In this document: in pieces, positions 36,420 through 45,968 of the stretch
How the letters are laid out: each line of letters begins with the position of its first letter
Numbering within the stretch: the first letter of the stretch is position 1
Assembly: GCA_044344255.1 (NCBI GenBank)
Contig: JBIJDH010000003.1
Coordinates: forward strand, 320,001-384,000
Reading direction: 5' to 3'
DNA: 64,000 bases
Source: Myxococcota bacterium
Lineage (GTDB): Bacteria > Myxococcota_A > UBA796 > UBA2385
Made by a program: the position numbers and the translations under genes
The notes under the pieces: model-generated
Seen by the model: the letters and a program-made list of their open reading frames with translations, nothing else
Told to the model about the DNA's origin: nothing
The model's database searches: none

Positions 36420-37514
36420 TCAGGGCGCGCTGATCGCGCCGCTGGCCTGCAGGCTGTCGTTCCAGGTCCCGCCGCTCTGCCACCAGGACGCCGCGCCAGG
36501 GTCGAGCCCGAGGCTGAGCATGGCCCAGGAGGTCATCAACGCGCCGAGCGTCTCCTGGATGTCGGAGTCGGAGAACTCTTCGTTGCTCCCGGTGCAGGCG
36601 AGGGTGCAGAGGCCGTCGGTGGGGCTCTCGAAGTCGCAGTGATCTGCCTCCGTGACGCGCCAGCCGATGTGGTCGGGGGCGGCTTCATAGGGCACGCGCC
36701 CGCTGTTCGAGGCGTTACACAGCGAGCTCTCGCCCAGGAGGAAGGCCGCGGGCACGCTGAGCGAGGCCCCGACGGAGGAGGAGTCCGCGCCGAAGGCCTC
36801 GACCGGATCGAGGCCGAGCACCGCCGACGCGCTGGGATCGGCCGCACCCGCGAGGAGCGCGGCCAGCCCTCCGGCCGAGTGCCCCACCCAGACGACACCG
36901 GTGTAGCCAAGGTGCCCAGCCAGCTCGATCATGTCGGCGGCGTTCTCCTCGGGGTTGACGTCGAAGGCGCTCGAGTGGCAGAGGTTGGGGGTCACGACGA
37001 TCAGCCCCCAGCTCGAGAGCTGCGTCGCCCACCCCTCCATCTGCGCCTGGGAGCGGACGAAGCCGTGGGCCAAGAAGACCACGCCTGCCGGGATGGTGCC
37101 GTTGGGCTCGTAGATCGTGTAGTCGAGGGTGCAGTCGGTGTCCGTGTCGAAGCTTCCCTCCGTGGCGATGACGTCTCCCCAGGGGCCGCTCCCGCGGTAG
37201 TCGACGTCGGGATCGGGGGCGCCGGTGTCGCCGCCGCCGTCGGTGCCGTCGGAGCCGTCGGTGCCGTCGGTGCCGTCGGAGCCGTCTCCGCCTCCATCGA
37301 CCATGCCGTCGCCGCCGTCGGTGGTGCCCGAGTCGGTGCCCGAGCCGCCGTCGCCGCCGTCCGATCCGCCTCCATCATCCGAGATCACGCGACCGCGGTC
37401 CTCCTCGGGGGTCTTCGACGGGCGACATCCTGCGGTCGAGGCGAGCAGGAGAGCGCCGAGGAGCGGGAGGGTCCAGGGACGGGTGGGGTCGATGACGGGG
37501 AGGATGGTTCGCAT
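36420..37514 (-). CDS. Alpha/beta hydrolase lipoprotein (chlorophyllase/cutinase-like)
   Basis: TAGC lipobox, DG-rich linker, AHGF, nucleophile GHSAGG, LDPV, ADHCDFE. Confidence 0.85.
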   Translation of the reverse strand: MRTILPVIDPTRPWTLPLLGALLLASTAGCRPSKTPEEDRGRVISDDGGGSDGGDGGSGTDSGTTDGGDGMVDGGGDGSDGTDGTDGSDGTDGGGDTGAPDPDVDYRGSGPWGDVIATEGSFDTDTDCTLDYTIYEPNGTIPAGVVFLAHGFVRSQAQMEGWATQLSSWGLIVVTPNLCHSSAFDVNPEENAADMIELAGHLGYTGVVWVGHSAGGLAALLAGAADPSASAVLGLDPVEAFGADSSSVGASLSVPAAFLLGESSLCNASNSGRVPYEAAPDHIGWRVTEADHCDFESPTDGLCTLACTGSNEEFSDSDIQETLGALMTSWAMLSLGLDPGAASWWQSGGTWNDSLQASGAISAP

Positions 37515-37633
37515 GCGCGCATCGTAGCCCAGCGCAGCGGCCTCGTCCGGGGGCGCCGGGGGCGCCCGGGACCCCGGGGCGCTGTCGTGACGGGGGGTTA
37601 GGGGGGCCCTCTCCCGCACCCCCGAGGTGACCC

Positions 37634-38944
37634 TTGGCCCAGCTCCCCGGTCTCCCGAACCCCGCCGCCGTTCATCCTGTCAGCGGGGGCTCGGTTCGAG
37701 AGAGCGACGTCATCTTCGACTGGAACCGGAACGGGCTCAACGCCGGCCCGCCGATGCGTCGGGTGGCCTTCGTTGATGAGACGCTCCGCGATGGCATCCA
37801 GTGCCCTTCGGTGACCGATCCGCCGATCGAGCAGAAGAAGCAGATCCTCCGGTTGCTCGCGTCGGTGGGCGTGGACTACTGTGACCTCGGCCTCCCGGGA
37901 GCGGGCCCCCGCGCCGTCCAAGACGTCGCGACGCTCGCCGCGGTCATCCGAGACGAGCGCCTCCCGATCCAGGCCCAATGTGCGGCCCGCACCCACGCCA
38001 ACGACATCCGGCCGATCGTCGAGGTCTCCGAGAAGGTGGGCATCCCCATCGAGGTGATGACGTTTCTGGGCGCGTCGCCGATCCGCCTCTACACCGAGGG
38101 CTGGGACGAAGATCTGCTCGAGCAGCGCACGCGCGCCTCGGTGCGGCAGGCGAAGGAGGCCGGCCTGCCCTGCACCTTCGTCACCGAAGACACCATCCGC
38201 TCGCACCCGACCACCCTCCGCCGCCTCTTCACGGCGGCGATTGAGGAGGGGGCGGACGGGCTCTGCCTCTGTGACACCGTCGGACACGCCACCGAGACCG
38301 GCACCCGCAACCTGATCGAGTTCACCCGCACCATCATTCGCGGCCTCGGCACGAACACCCGCGTGGACTGGCACGGTCACTCCGACCGCGGGCTCGGCCT
38401 CAGCAACGCGCTGGCCGCCGTCGCCGCCGGGGCGGACCGGGTGCATGGCACGGTGCTCGGCATGGGTGAGCGCGTCGGCAACACCCCGCTCGACCTCCTG
38501 CTCGTCAACATGCGCCTCTACGGCGCGATCGACAATGACCTCTCACGCCTCGGTGAGCTCGTCGATCTGGCCAGCGCCGCCTGCGAGGTGCCGGTGCCGG
38601 TGAGCTACCCGGTCTTCGGGCGCGACGCCTTCCGCACGGGCACCGGCGTTCACGCGGCGGCGGTGATCAAGGCGATCAAGAAGGGGGAGGCCTGGCTGGC
38701 CGATCAGGTGTATTCGGGCGTCCCCGCCTCCTGGTTCGGCCGGAAGCAGGAGATCGAGATCGGCCACATGGCGGGCGACAGCAACATCGTCTATTGGCTC
38801 CAGTCTCGCGGCATCGAGGCAGAGGCCTCCCTGGTCTCCGCGATCCGCGAGGCCGCCAAGTCGACGAACCGCCTCCTCGAGAACACTGAAGTCATGGTGA
38901 TCGTCGAGCGGTGGAGCGCCGAGCAGGCTCCGGCCTCCCGGTAG
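37634..38944 (+). CDS. DRE-TIM metallolyase, 2-isopropylmalate synthase-like, short form without the C-terminal regulatory domain
   Basis: DETLRDG, CDTVG, HGHSDRG, GMGERVGN, GVHAAA. TTG start after GAGG. Confidence 0.88.
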   Translation: MAQLPGLPNPAAVHPVSGGSVRESDVIFDWNRNGLNAGPPMRRVAFVDETLRDGIQCPSVTDPPIEQKKQILRLLASVGVDYCDLGLPGAGPRAVQDVATLAAVIRDERLPIQAQCAARTHANDIRPIVEVSEKVGIPIEVMTFLGASPIRLYTEGWDEDLLEQRTRASVRQAKEAGLPCTFVTEDTIRSHPTTLRRLFTAAIEEGADGLCLCDTVGHATETGTRNLIEFTRTIIRGLGTNTRVDWHGHSDRGLGLSNALAAVAAGADRVHGTVLGMGERVGNTPLDLLLVNMRLYGAIDNDLSRLGELVDLASAACEVPVPVSYPVFGRDAFRTGTGVHAAAVIKAIKKGEAWLADQVYSGVPASWFGRKQEIEIGHMAGDSNIVYWLQSRGIEAEASLVSAIREAAKSTNRLLENTEVMVIVERWSAEQAPASR

Positions 38945-38982
38945 GCGCTCCCGGCTCCCCGCTCCCCGGCCCCTGCTCCCGT

Positions 38983-39960
38983 TCAGTCGGAGCAGACGTC
39001 CGTGCCGGGCTGCACCTCCGCCTCGAGGTCGTCGTCGGAGTCAGCGAGTGAACGTGTCGCGTCCGCGGTCAGCCCTGTGATGTCGACGAGGTGTGGGTAG
39101 TCGATGCGGTCGGCGGTGTCGCAGCGCTTGTGGTAACAGTCGGGGTCGTCTGTCCACATGAACACATAGGGTATTCCACGCGAGCAGAAGGTCACGTTGT
39201 CGGAGAGGTCGCTCCAGTCGCCGACGCCCACGTCGATCGAGGGGTAGCCGTCGGCGAGGTCCTCGACGATGGTCCGGCCCGGTGTACCGCGGAGCGTTCC
39301 GAGCGCATAGACGTAGTCGGTCTGGTCATAACTGCCGATCATGTCGAGGTTGAGGTTGAACACGACGTCGTGGGGGTCGTAGAGCGAGTCGCTGTCCGTG
39401 TAGAAGGCCTCTGAACCCTCGAAGCCGGACTCCTCGGAGCCGAAGGCGGCGAAGATCACCGTCCGCCGAGCCGGCCCCTCCGCCGCCAGGGTGGAGGCGA
39501 TCGCCAGCAGGCCGGCCACCCCCGAGGCGTTGTCATTGGCGCCGAGGCGGCCGTCACCGAGGTGGTCATGGTGAGCCGAGACGAGGATGATCTCCGACTC
39601 CAGGGCCTCGTCGGTGCCGGGCAGCGCGGCGAGCACGTTGGCGGTCTCCCGGTCGCTGTAGTCGGTGAAGGCCTCCTCGTACTCACCAGAGGCGAGCAGC
39701 GGCTCGAGGCCGAGGCAGGCCAGTCGGTCGGCGATCCACTGCCGGCCCGCGGCGTCGCCTTCGGAGCCCGGGTACCGCCCGTCGAGCTCGGGATCGGCGA
39801 GGTACTCGATGTCGGCGGCCAGATCGGCCTGGTCGAGGCCCATCGACGCGCAGTCGGAGAGGTCCGCGCCCTTCGGCGAGCCGCCGCCGCCGTCACCGCC
39901 TCCGCAGCCGACGGCGAAGAGGATCAGGGCGGAGGAGGGGCGGGCGGTGGGGCAGGGCAT
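38983..39960 (-). CDS. M28 family metallopeptidase lipoprotein
   Basis: AVGC lipobox, SAHHDHLG, GANDNASG, GSEE, NLDMIG, SDN, YH. Confidence 0.92.
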   Translation of the reverse strand: MPCPTARPSSALILFAVGCGGGDGGGGSPKGADLSDCASMGLDQADLAADIEYLADPELDGRYPGSEGDAAGRQWIADRLACLGLEPLLASGEYEEAFTDYSDRETANVLAALPGTDEALESEIILVSAHHDHLGDGRLGANDNASGVAGLLAIASTLAAEGPARRTVIFAAFGSEESGFEGSEAFYTDSDSLYDPHDVVFNLNLDMIGSYDQTDYVYALGTLRGTPGRTIVEDLADGYPSIDVGVGDWSDLSDNVTFCSRGIPYVFMWTDDPDCYHKRCDTADRIDYPHLVDITGLTADATRSLADSDDDLEAEVQPGTDVCSD

Positions 39961-39995
39961 CAGGCGAGCTCCGGAGGGGTGCGGGCTCCGTGCGG

Positions 39996-41828
39996 CTATC
40001 CCGACGCGGAGCTGGGATCCTCGCCGACCGGCGGCAGCGCCCGCTCCGCAGGGGTCTCGGGCGCCGAGCGCGCCCGGAGCTGATCCTGGGCCTCCTGCAG
40101 CCGGCGCTCCGCCTCGTCCCTCTGCTCTTCGGCCGCCTCGCGCAGCGCCGCCGCCTCTCGCAGCGCCCGCTCGGCCTCCTCGCGGTCCTGCTCGGCCCGC
40201 CGGCGGGACTCCTGCTCGGCCTCCACTCGCACCTCCAGGGTCTGTCGGGCCCCGTGCTCCTGCTGGAATTTCTGCTCGGCGGCGAGCAGGCGCCCTTGGA
40301 GGTCGATCTCGGCGAGGAGGGCGTCGCGGAGGCGGCGCTCGGCCTCGGCGCGGGCCACCTCGGCGGCCCCGCGGCGCTTCTCGGCCTCGTCTCTCGCTTG
40401 AATCTCGGCGGCGGCGCGGGCCTCGGCGGCGGTCTGCCCTTCTCGGGCGGCCTCGCGGGCCTCGGCGGCGGCGGCGGCCTCGACGAGGGCCTGGTCGCGC
40501 TCGGCCTCGGCGGTGGCGCGCACGGCCTCGGCGGCGGCGGCGGCCTGCTCGGCCTCGGCGCGGCGCTCCCGGGCCTCGGCTACGTCGGTCTGCAGCGCCT
40601 CGCGGGTCTGCTGCAACGACCAGACGGCGCCTGAGAAGACGAGCAACATCCCTGAGAGCACCGCCCCGGCGGTGGCGAGCTCGCGGTTGCGGCGGAGGAA
40701 GAGGCCCACGCGGAGGGCGGGGTTCGGGCCGTCTACCGACGTCGGGAAGTGAGCGAGCAGCGCGCCGAGCTCGTCGGCCAGGGCGAGGGCGGTGGGGTAG
40801 CGGTCGCGCGGCTGGCGGGCCATCGCCCTCTCGACCACGCGCGCCACCCGGGCGGTGGCCTGGAGCGGTCGAGGTGGGCCTTCCCGCACCTGGGCGATGA
40901 CGTCGAGGGCGGGGACAGAGGAGTGGCGACCGCTCGGCTGATACGGCGCGGCGCCGGAGAGGAGGGAGTAGAGCGTGGCGCCGAGGGCATAGACGTCGCT
41001 CGCGCGGGTCGGCGCCTCACCGCGGGCCTGCTCGGGCGACATGTAGGCAGGGGTGCCCACGACGTGGCCTCCTTCGATGATCACGGTGACGGTCTCGGTG
41101 CTCGGCGTGTCGGTGTTGGCGGGCTCCCGGAGCTGGGGGGTGGCGAGGCCGAAGTCGGTCACCAGCACCCGCCGGCTGACGGGGAGCAGGAGCAGGTTGG
41201 CGGGCTTGAGGTCGCGGTGCAGCACCCCGACCCGATGCGCGGCGTCGACGCCGAGGGCGGCCTCGCGGATGAAGCGGAGGGCCTCGGTGGTGTCGCGGGG
41301 CGGGTCCCCGGCGACGGTGGAGCCCACCACCAGCTCCTCGCCGCCGTCTGGCCGGGGCCGCCGCTCGGCGCAGAGCTGCATCTCGATGTAGTGCATGCCG
41401 GCGGAGGGCGGGCCCCCCGGCAAGAGCCCCGCGGCCTTCACGCGCACGACGTGGTCGGAGAGGATCTGCGAGGCGGCCCGCGCCTCGTTCATCACCATGT
41501 CGAGGGCGCTCTGGGAGGCGGGCCCCCGCGGGTGGAGGAGCTTGAGGGCGGTCCAGGCGTGGAGGTGGGTGTCCCAGGCCTTCCAGACGCTGGCGGAGGC
41601 GCCAGCGCCCAGGCGCTCGCCGAGGCGGTAACGGTCGAGCTCGAGGCCCTCCCGCAGCTCGAGGGTGGGGCGCGGGGGCTCGCTGGCCGCGAGCAGGGCG
41701 CGGAGCTGGCGGCTGAGGGTGGGGTCGTCGCCGGTGAGCCCGCCCAGGGCCTTCTCGCGGTCCTCGGTGGGGAGCTCGACCAGCTCGGCGAAGAGCTCGT
41801 CCAGGTAGTAGCGGCTGGCGTCCTTCAT
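39996..41828 (-). CDS. Transmembrane Ser/Thr protein kinase with a long C-terminal coiled coil
   Basis: LGAGASASVW, ALK, HRDLKPAN, DFG, GTPAYMSPEQ, DVYALG; one TM helix; Ala/Glu/Arg heptad tail. N-terminal LDELFAELVELP...LRALL is typical of ECF-linked kinases. Confidence 0.93.
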   Translation of the reverse strand: MKDASRYYLDELFAELVELPTEDREKALGGLTGDDPTLSRQLRALLAASEPPRPTLELREGLELDRYRLGERLGAGASASVWKAWDTHLHAWTALKLLHPRGPASQSALDMVMNEARAASQILSDHVVRVKAAGLLPGGPPSAGMHYIEMQLCAERRPRPDGGEELVVGSTVAGDPPRDTTEALRFIREAALGVDAAHRVGVLHRDLKPANLLLLPVSRRVLVTDFGLATPQLREPANTDTPSTETVTVIIEGGHVVGTPAYMSPEQARGEAPTRASDVYALGATLYSLLSGAAPYQPSGRHSSVPALDVIAQVREGPPRPLQATARVARVVERAMARQPRDRYPTALALADELGALLAHFPTSVDGPNPALRVGLFLRRNRELATAGAVLSGMLLVFSGAVWSLQQTREALQTDVAEARERRAEAEQAAAAAEAVRATAEAERDQALVEAAAAAEAREAAREGQTAAEARAAAEIQARDEAEKRRGAAEVARAEAERRLRDALLAEIDLQGRLLAAEQKFQQEHGARQTLEVRVEAEQESRRRAEQDREEAERALREAAALREAAEEQRDEAERRLQEAQDQLRARSAPETPAERALPPVGEDPSSASG

Positions 41829-41849
41829 GGGGTGGGCATCCCGTCGCCC

Positions 41850-42383
41850 TCAGCCCGACTGGAGCTGGCTGTGCAGCCAGGCCTTCACGAAGCGGAGCTC
41901 CGCGCCCACCGTGGACTTGGGGAGATCGAGGAGCTCCCCGATCTCGGACTCCGAGAAGCCGCCGTAGAAGGCGTAGCGCCCGATCTCCGCCTTACGAGCA
42001 CCGTTCCTCACCTTGACGCCCCCCTCTGCCAGCTGGTCGAGGAGGCGGTCCACCTCGAGCAGGGTGTCGGGATCCCGCTCCCCGAGGAGGGTGGCGTCTT
42101 CGAGGTTCACGCGGCCGCGGGGATCGGGCCGCTTGCCGGCCTTGCGGCGGCGAGCGTGATCGACGAGCTCGCGCCGCATGTTGAGGACCGCGAGGGGCAG
42201 GACCTTCTTCGGGTCGCCGTCGGCGAGGGGGCGGAGGTCGCCGTCGAGCAGCCGCTCCCAGGCCTGGTGGACGAGCTCGCAGGACTCGAGCGTGTGGGCG
42301 TAAGGCTCCCGCTGGAGCATCCGGCGCGCGGCGGCGCGGAGCTCCTGGTAGACGAGGCGGAGGTCTTCGGCGGAGGTGGGCAT
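41850..42383 (-). CDS. ECF sigma factor, kinase-associated (ECF43-like)
   Basis: LVYQELRAAARRML...HTL....LVHQAW, MRRELVDHARRRKAGKR, GGFSESEIGELL...STV...LRFVKAWL. The start could be 42416 or 42461. Confidence 0.88.
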   Translation of the reverse strand: MPTSAEDLRLVYQELRAAARRMLQREPYAHTLESCELVHQAWERLLDGDLRPLADGDPKKVLPLAVLNMRRELVDHARRRKAGKRPDPRGRVNLEDATLLGERDPDTLLEVDRLLDQLAEGGVKVRNGARKAEIGRYAFYGGFSESEIGELLDLPKSTVGAELRFVKAWLHSQLQSG

Positions 42384-42525
42384 GGGCTTTGATTCTTTAG
42401 CGCGACTCAAGCCCATCAGCGTCCATTCGGGGGCGATCGACCCGTCGGCGGCCCTCGTCACCGCCGGGCCGGGTGTTTTTTCGGTGACAGGAGGGTGACG
42501 GCGCGCAAACAGCTAAGCTGCGCCG

Positions 42526-43791
42526 ATGTCCACCCCCGCCCTCGATCCCCGCCTCCGCGCCTGGCGCGGCCGTGTCTTTGCGGCCACCTGGCTCTCCTAC
42601 TTCGGCTTTTACTTCGCGCGGAAGCCCTTCTACGTCGCCAAGGCGGATCTCGGCGCGGCCAACGGTTGGGACGCCGGCGTGCTCGGCAACATCGGCGCCG
42701 CCTACCTCGTCGCGTATGCGGTGGGGCAGTTCTCTACCGGCGTGCTCGGCGCGCGCTTCGGGCCGCGGGCCATCGTGCTCTCGGGGATGGCGCTGTCGGC
42801 CCTCGCCAACGCGGCCTTCGGCTTCACCGACGCTGTGCTGCTCTTCACCGTCCTGATGGCCGTCAACGGGCTCGCCCAGGCCACCGGCTGGCCCTCCAAT
42901 GTCGGCACGATGGCCACCTGGTTCCATCGGGGCGAGCGCGGCACGGTGATGGGCTTCTGGGCGACGAACTTCCAGTTCGGCGGGCTCGCGGCCACCACCC
43001 TCGCGGCCTTCGTGCTCGACGCCTACGGCCTGCGCATGTCCTTCTTGGCGGGCAGCGCGGTCTTGTGCTTGATTTGGGTATTCTATTGGTTCAATCAGAG
43101 GAACAAGCCGGAAGACCTCGGGCTCTCGCCGGTCGAGGACGCGCTGCCGACCGCGGCCGAGGCGGAGGCCGCGAGCGCCCGCCCGGCTCCATCCAAGTGG
43201 GCGTTCTACCTCAACGTCCTCCTCGTGGGTGGCTTCTACTTCAACGCCAAGGTGATCCGCTACGCCATCTGGTCGTGGGCGCCTTACCTGCTGCGGCTCC
43301 ACTTCGGGATGGAGAAGGGCCAGGCGGGCTACCTCACGAACGTCTTCGACTTCTCCGGCATCCTCGGCGTGGTGCTCATCGGCTACCTGTCCGATCGCCT
43401 CTTCAAGAGCCGCCGTGTGCTCGTGAGCTTCCTCTTCGTGATCGGGCTCGTCCTGAGCTGCCTGCTGCTCTACTTCTTCGGCTCGACCAGCCTCACCTTG
43501 TTCACCGTCAGCATGGGCCTCATCGGCTTCACGCTCATCGCGCCGGACTCGATCATGACCGGCGCTGGGGCGATCGACGTCGGCTCGCGAGAGCAGGCCA
43601 CGCTGGCGGTGGGCCTGATCGGCACGCTCGGGGCGCTCGGCAGCGTGTTCCAGGAGCTCGTGCTCGGCCAGCTCCTCAAGGGAGACGACGTGCAGGGCAC
43701 CTTCACCCTCCTGCTCGGCTCGGCGGTCGCAGCGGCGGGCTGCCTCGGCCTCATCCTGGTGAGGAACCGGCTCGGCCATTCCGACCTCTGA
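42526..43791 (+). CDS. MFS transporter, organophosphate:Pi antiporter (GlpT/UhpT) family
   Basis: YFGFYFARKPF, NGLAQATGWP, WFHRGERG, RYAIWSWAP, GYLSDR, with 12 TM helices. Confidence 0.9.
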   Translation: MSTPALDPRLRAWRGRVFAATWLSYFGFYFARKPFYVAKADLGAANGWDAGVLGNIGAAYLVAYAVGQFSTGVLGARFGPRAIVLSGMALSALANAAFGFTDAVLLFTVLMAVNGLAQATGWPSNVGTMATWFHRGERGTVMGFWATNFQFGGLAATTLAAFVLDAYGLRMSFLAGSAVLCLIWVFYWFNQRNKPEDLGLSPVEDALPTAAEAEAASARPAPSKWAFYLNVLLVGGFYFNAKVIRYAIWSWAPYLLRLHFGMEKGQAGYLTNVFDFSGILGVVLIGYLSDRLFKSRRVLVSFLFVIGLVLSCLLLYFFGSTSLTLFTVSMGLIGFTLIAPDSIMTGAGAIDVGSREQATLAVGLIGTLGALGSVFQELVLGQLLKGDDVQGTFTLLLGSAVAAAGCLGLILVRNRLGHSDL

Positions 43792-43797
43792 GCCGGC

Positions 43798-44124
43798 TCA
43801 GGCCTCGGGGGCGCCGCTCGACAGGGTGGGGGCCAGCGCCGCCTGCAGGCGAGCCTCGAGCGCGGCGGCGTCGCCCCGCGCGAGGATGAGCTTGTCTCGC
43901 CCCGTCTCTCCGCGGAGGAGGCTCAGGCTGGAGGGGGCGATGCCCAGCACCTCGCGGGCGAGGAAGCGGAGGATGGCTCGGTTGGCCTCCCCTTCGACGG
44001 CCCGGGCAGCGACCCGCACGCGGATGGCGCCCTCGTGGAGGCCGGCCAGCGCGTCCTTGCCTGCGCCGGGGGCGGCGCGCACGCGGAGCTGAATGCCCTC
44101 CGCCACGCGTTGGCAGCCGGGCAC
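43798..44124 (-). CDS. DUF167 / UPF0235 (YggU) family protein, start approximate
   Basis: LRVRAAPGA...IRVRVAARAVEGEANRAILRFLA...LLRGETGRDK. Confidence 0.85.
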   Translation of the reverse strand: MPGCQRVAEGIQLRVRAAPGAGKDALAGLHEGAIRVRVAARAVEGEANRAILRFLAREVLGIAPSSLSLLRGETGRDKLILARGDAAALEARLQAALAPTLSSGAPEA

Positions 44125-44198
44125 CTTGGGTTCGACGACGGGGGCGGGTGGAGGTGTGGCCGTCGGTGGTGCGCCGGCCCGGCCTCGCCCCCGGCCGC

Positions 44199-45002
44199 TC
44201 AGGGGACGTCCATTCGTTGGAAGCGCACCATCGCGATGGTGAAACACGCGGAGATCAGCACGCCGAGGCCGATGAAGGAGGTGGGCTCCCACTCGCCGCC
44301 CTTCCAGCCCTCCCAGCACGCGAGCGCGGCGCCCGGAAGGAATTTCGCGGCCTCCTTGGCGGCCTCTGCGCCGAGCGCCCCCACCAGCTTGAGCACCCCC
44401 CGCGCCGCCATGTCGACCATCAGCGCGATGACCACGGAGACGACGACGCCGCCCACCCCGCGGAAGAAGACTGCCACCGCCGTGGTGAGCGCGATGAGGC
44501 CGACGTCGGAGGCCAGCGAGGCGAGGTAGCCGAGGCTCACGTCGAGGATGGAGCCGGTGGCGCCGAAGAGGGCCGCGCCGCCGAGCGCGCTCACCATCCA
44601 GGTGACGAGGAGGGTGCAGGCCGACAGCGCCGTGAGCGCCAGCACCTTGGCCAACATTACGCTCCAGCGCGTGACCGGGCGGACGAGCACCTCTCGCAGC
44701 GACTGGTCGCCGATCTCGAGCGAGAAGGTGTTGCCCACCGCGAGGATCAGCACCATCGGCAGGATGAAGAAGTTGCGGGCCTTGAGCGCGTAGCCCGCGG
44801 TTCCCACCCAGGTGGCGTCCACCATCTGGGTGACGTTGGCCCCGTTCACCTGGGCGTCGCCGCCGCGGGAGATCACCCACTGCACCCCGGCGAGGGTGAG
44901 GGCGCCGACAGCGAAGGCGACGATCAGCGCGCCGAGCCCGGAGGCGCGCGAGAAGACGGCGCGGAGCTCGGCGAGGATCATCTTCGGGAGGTGGGGCACC
45001 AT
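44199..45002 (-). CDS. ABC-2 type transporter permease
   Basis: Six TM helices, EIGDQSLREVLVRPVTRWSVMLAK, C-terminal FQRMDV. Coupled to the ATPase gene. Confidence 0.9.
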   Translation of the reverse strand: MVPHLPKMILAELRAVFSRASGLGALIVAFAVGALTLAGVQWVISRGGDAQVNGANVTQMVDATWVGTAGYALKARNFFILPMVLILAVGNTFSLEIGDQSLREVLVRPVTRWSVMLAKVLALTALSACTLLVTWMVSALGGAALFGATGSILDVSLGYLASLASDVGLIALTTAVAVFFRGVGGVVVSVVIALMVDMAARGVLKLVGALGAEAAKEAAKFLPGAALACWEGWKGGEWEPTSFIGLGVLISACFTIAMVRFQRMDVP

Positions 45003-45919
45003 CAGGTGATCTCCTTGCTGGTCAGGGAGAGGAAGAGGTCTTCGAGCGAGCGCTGCACCGGCACCAGCGCGGTGACCGACACGCCGCCCTGCACGAGGGC
45101 GCGGTTGAGCTCGGCCACGCCGAGGCCGTCGAGGGCCACCCGCAGGCGGCCGGGCTCCCCGTCGCCCACCACCCGGATGCCCTGGAGCGCGCGGAGGGCC
45201 TGGCCGAGGGCGGCGAGGTCAGTGGCGGCGATCTCCACCTCCTCCACCGCGCCCTTGCCGAGCACGAGCTCCTTCACCGAGCCCTCCGCCACCATCCGCC
45301 CGTGCGAGAGGATGCCGACGCGGTTGCAGAGCAGCTCGATCTCGGAGAGGAGGTGGGAGCTGATGAGGATGGTCAGCTTCTCGGTGCGGGCGAGGCGCGC
45401 CAAGAGCTCGCGCACCTCGACCATGCCGCGAGGGTCGAGCCCGTTGGTGGGCTCATCGAGGATGAGCAGCTTCGGCCGCCCGACGAGGGCGCGCGCGATG
45501 CCGAGGCGCTGCTTCATGCCGAGCGAGTAGGCGCGTACCTTCTCGCGCTCCCGCTCCTTGAGCCCCACCAGCGTGAGCGCCCGATCGATGTCGGAGGCGT
45601 CACCCTGGCCCGCGAAGGCCACGGCCCGCTCGAGGTTGCCGCGCCCGGACATCCAGCCGTGGAAGGCGGGGGTCTCGACCATCGCGCCGACGTGGGCCCG
45701 CTGGCGGACGGGGTCCGACTCGCCGAAGATCTGGACCGTGCCCGAGGTCTTGCTGATCAAGCCGAGCATGCAGCGGATCGCCGTCGTCTTTCCGGCCCCG
45801 TTGGGGCCGAGGAAGCCGTATACGTCGCCTTCGGCCACCCGGATGGAGAGGGCATCCACCGCGGTGCGCGCACCAAAGCGGCGGGTGAGGCCCTCCGTCA
45901 CCAACGCGTCACTTGCCAT
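45002..45919 (-). CDS. ABC transporter ATP-binding protein
   Basis: GPNGAGKTT, YSLGMKQRL, LILDEPTNGLD, SSH. Confidence 0.96.
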   Translation of the reverse strand: MASDALVTEGLTRRFGARTAVDALSIRVAEGDVYGFLGPNGAGKTTAIRCMLGLISKTSGTVQIFGESDPVRQRAHVGAMVETPAFHGWMSGRGNLERAVAFAGQGDASDIDRALTLVGLKEREREKVRAYSLGMKQRLGIARALVGRPKLLILDEPTNGLDPRGMVEVRELLARLARTEKLTILISSHLLSEIELLCNRVGILSHGRMVAEGSVKELVLGKGAVEEVEIAATDLAALGQALRALQGIRVVGDGEPGRLRVALDGLGVAELNRALVQGGVSVTALVPVQRSLEDLFLSLTSKEIT

Positions 45920-45968
45920 GGGTGTTTTCTCCTACTATTTCCCGGTCCCGGTAACGGAGGGTGCAGTG

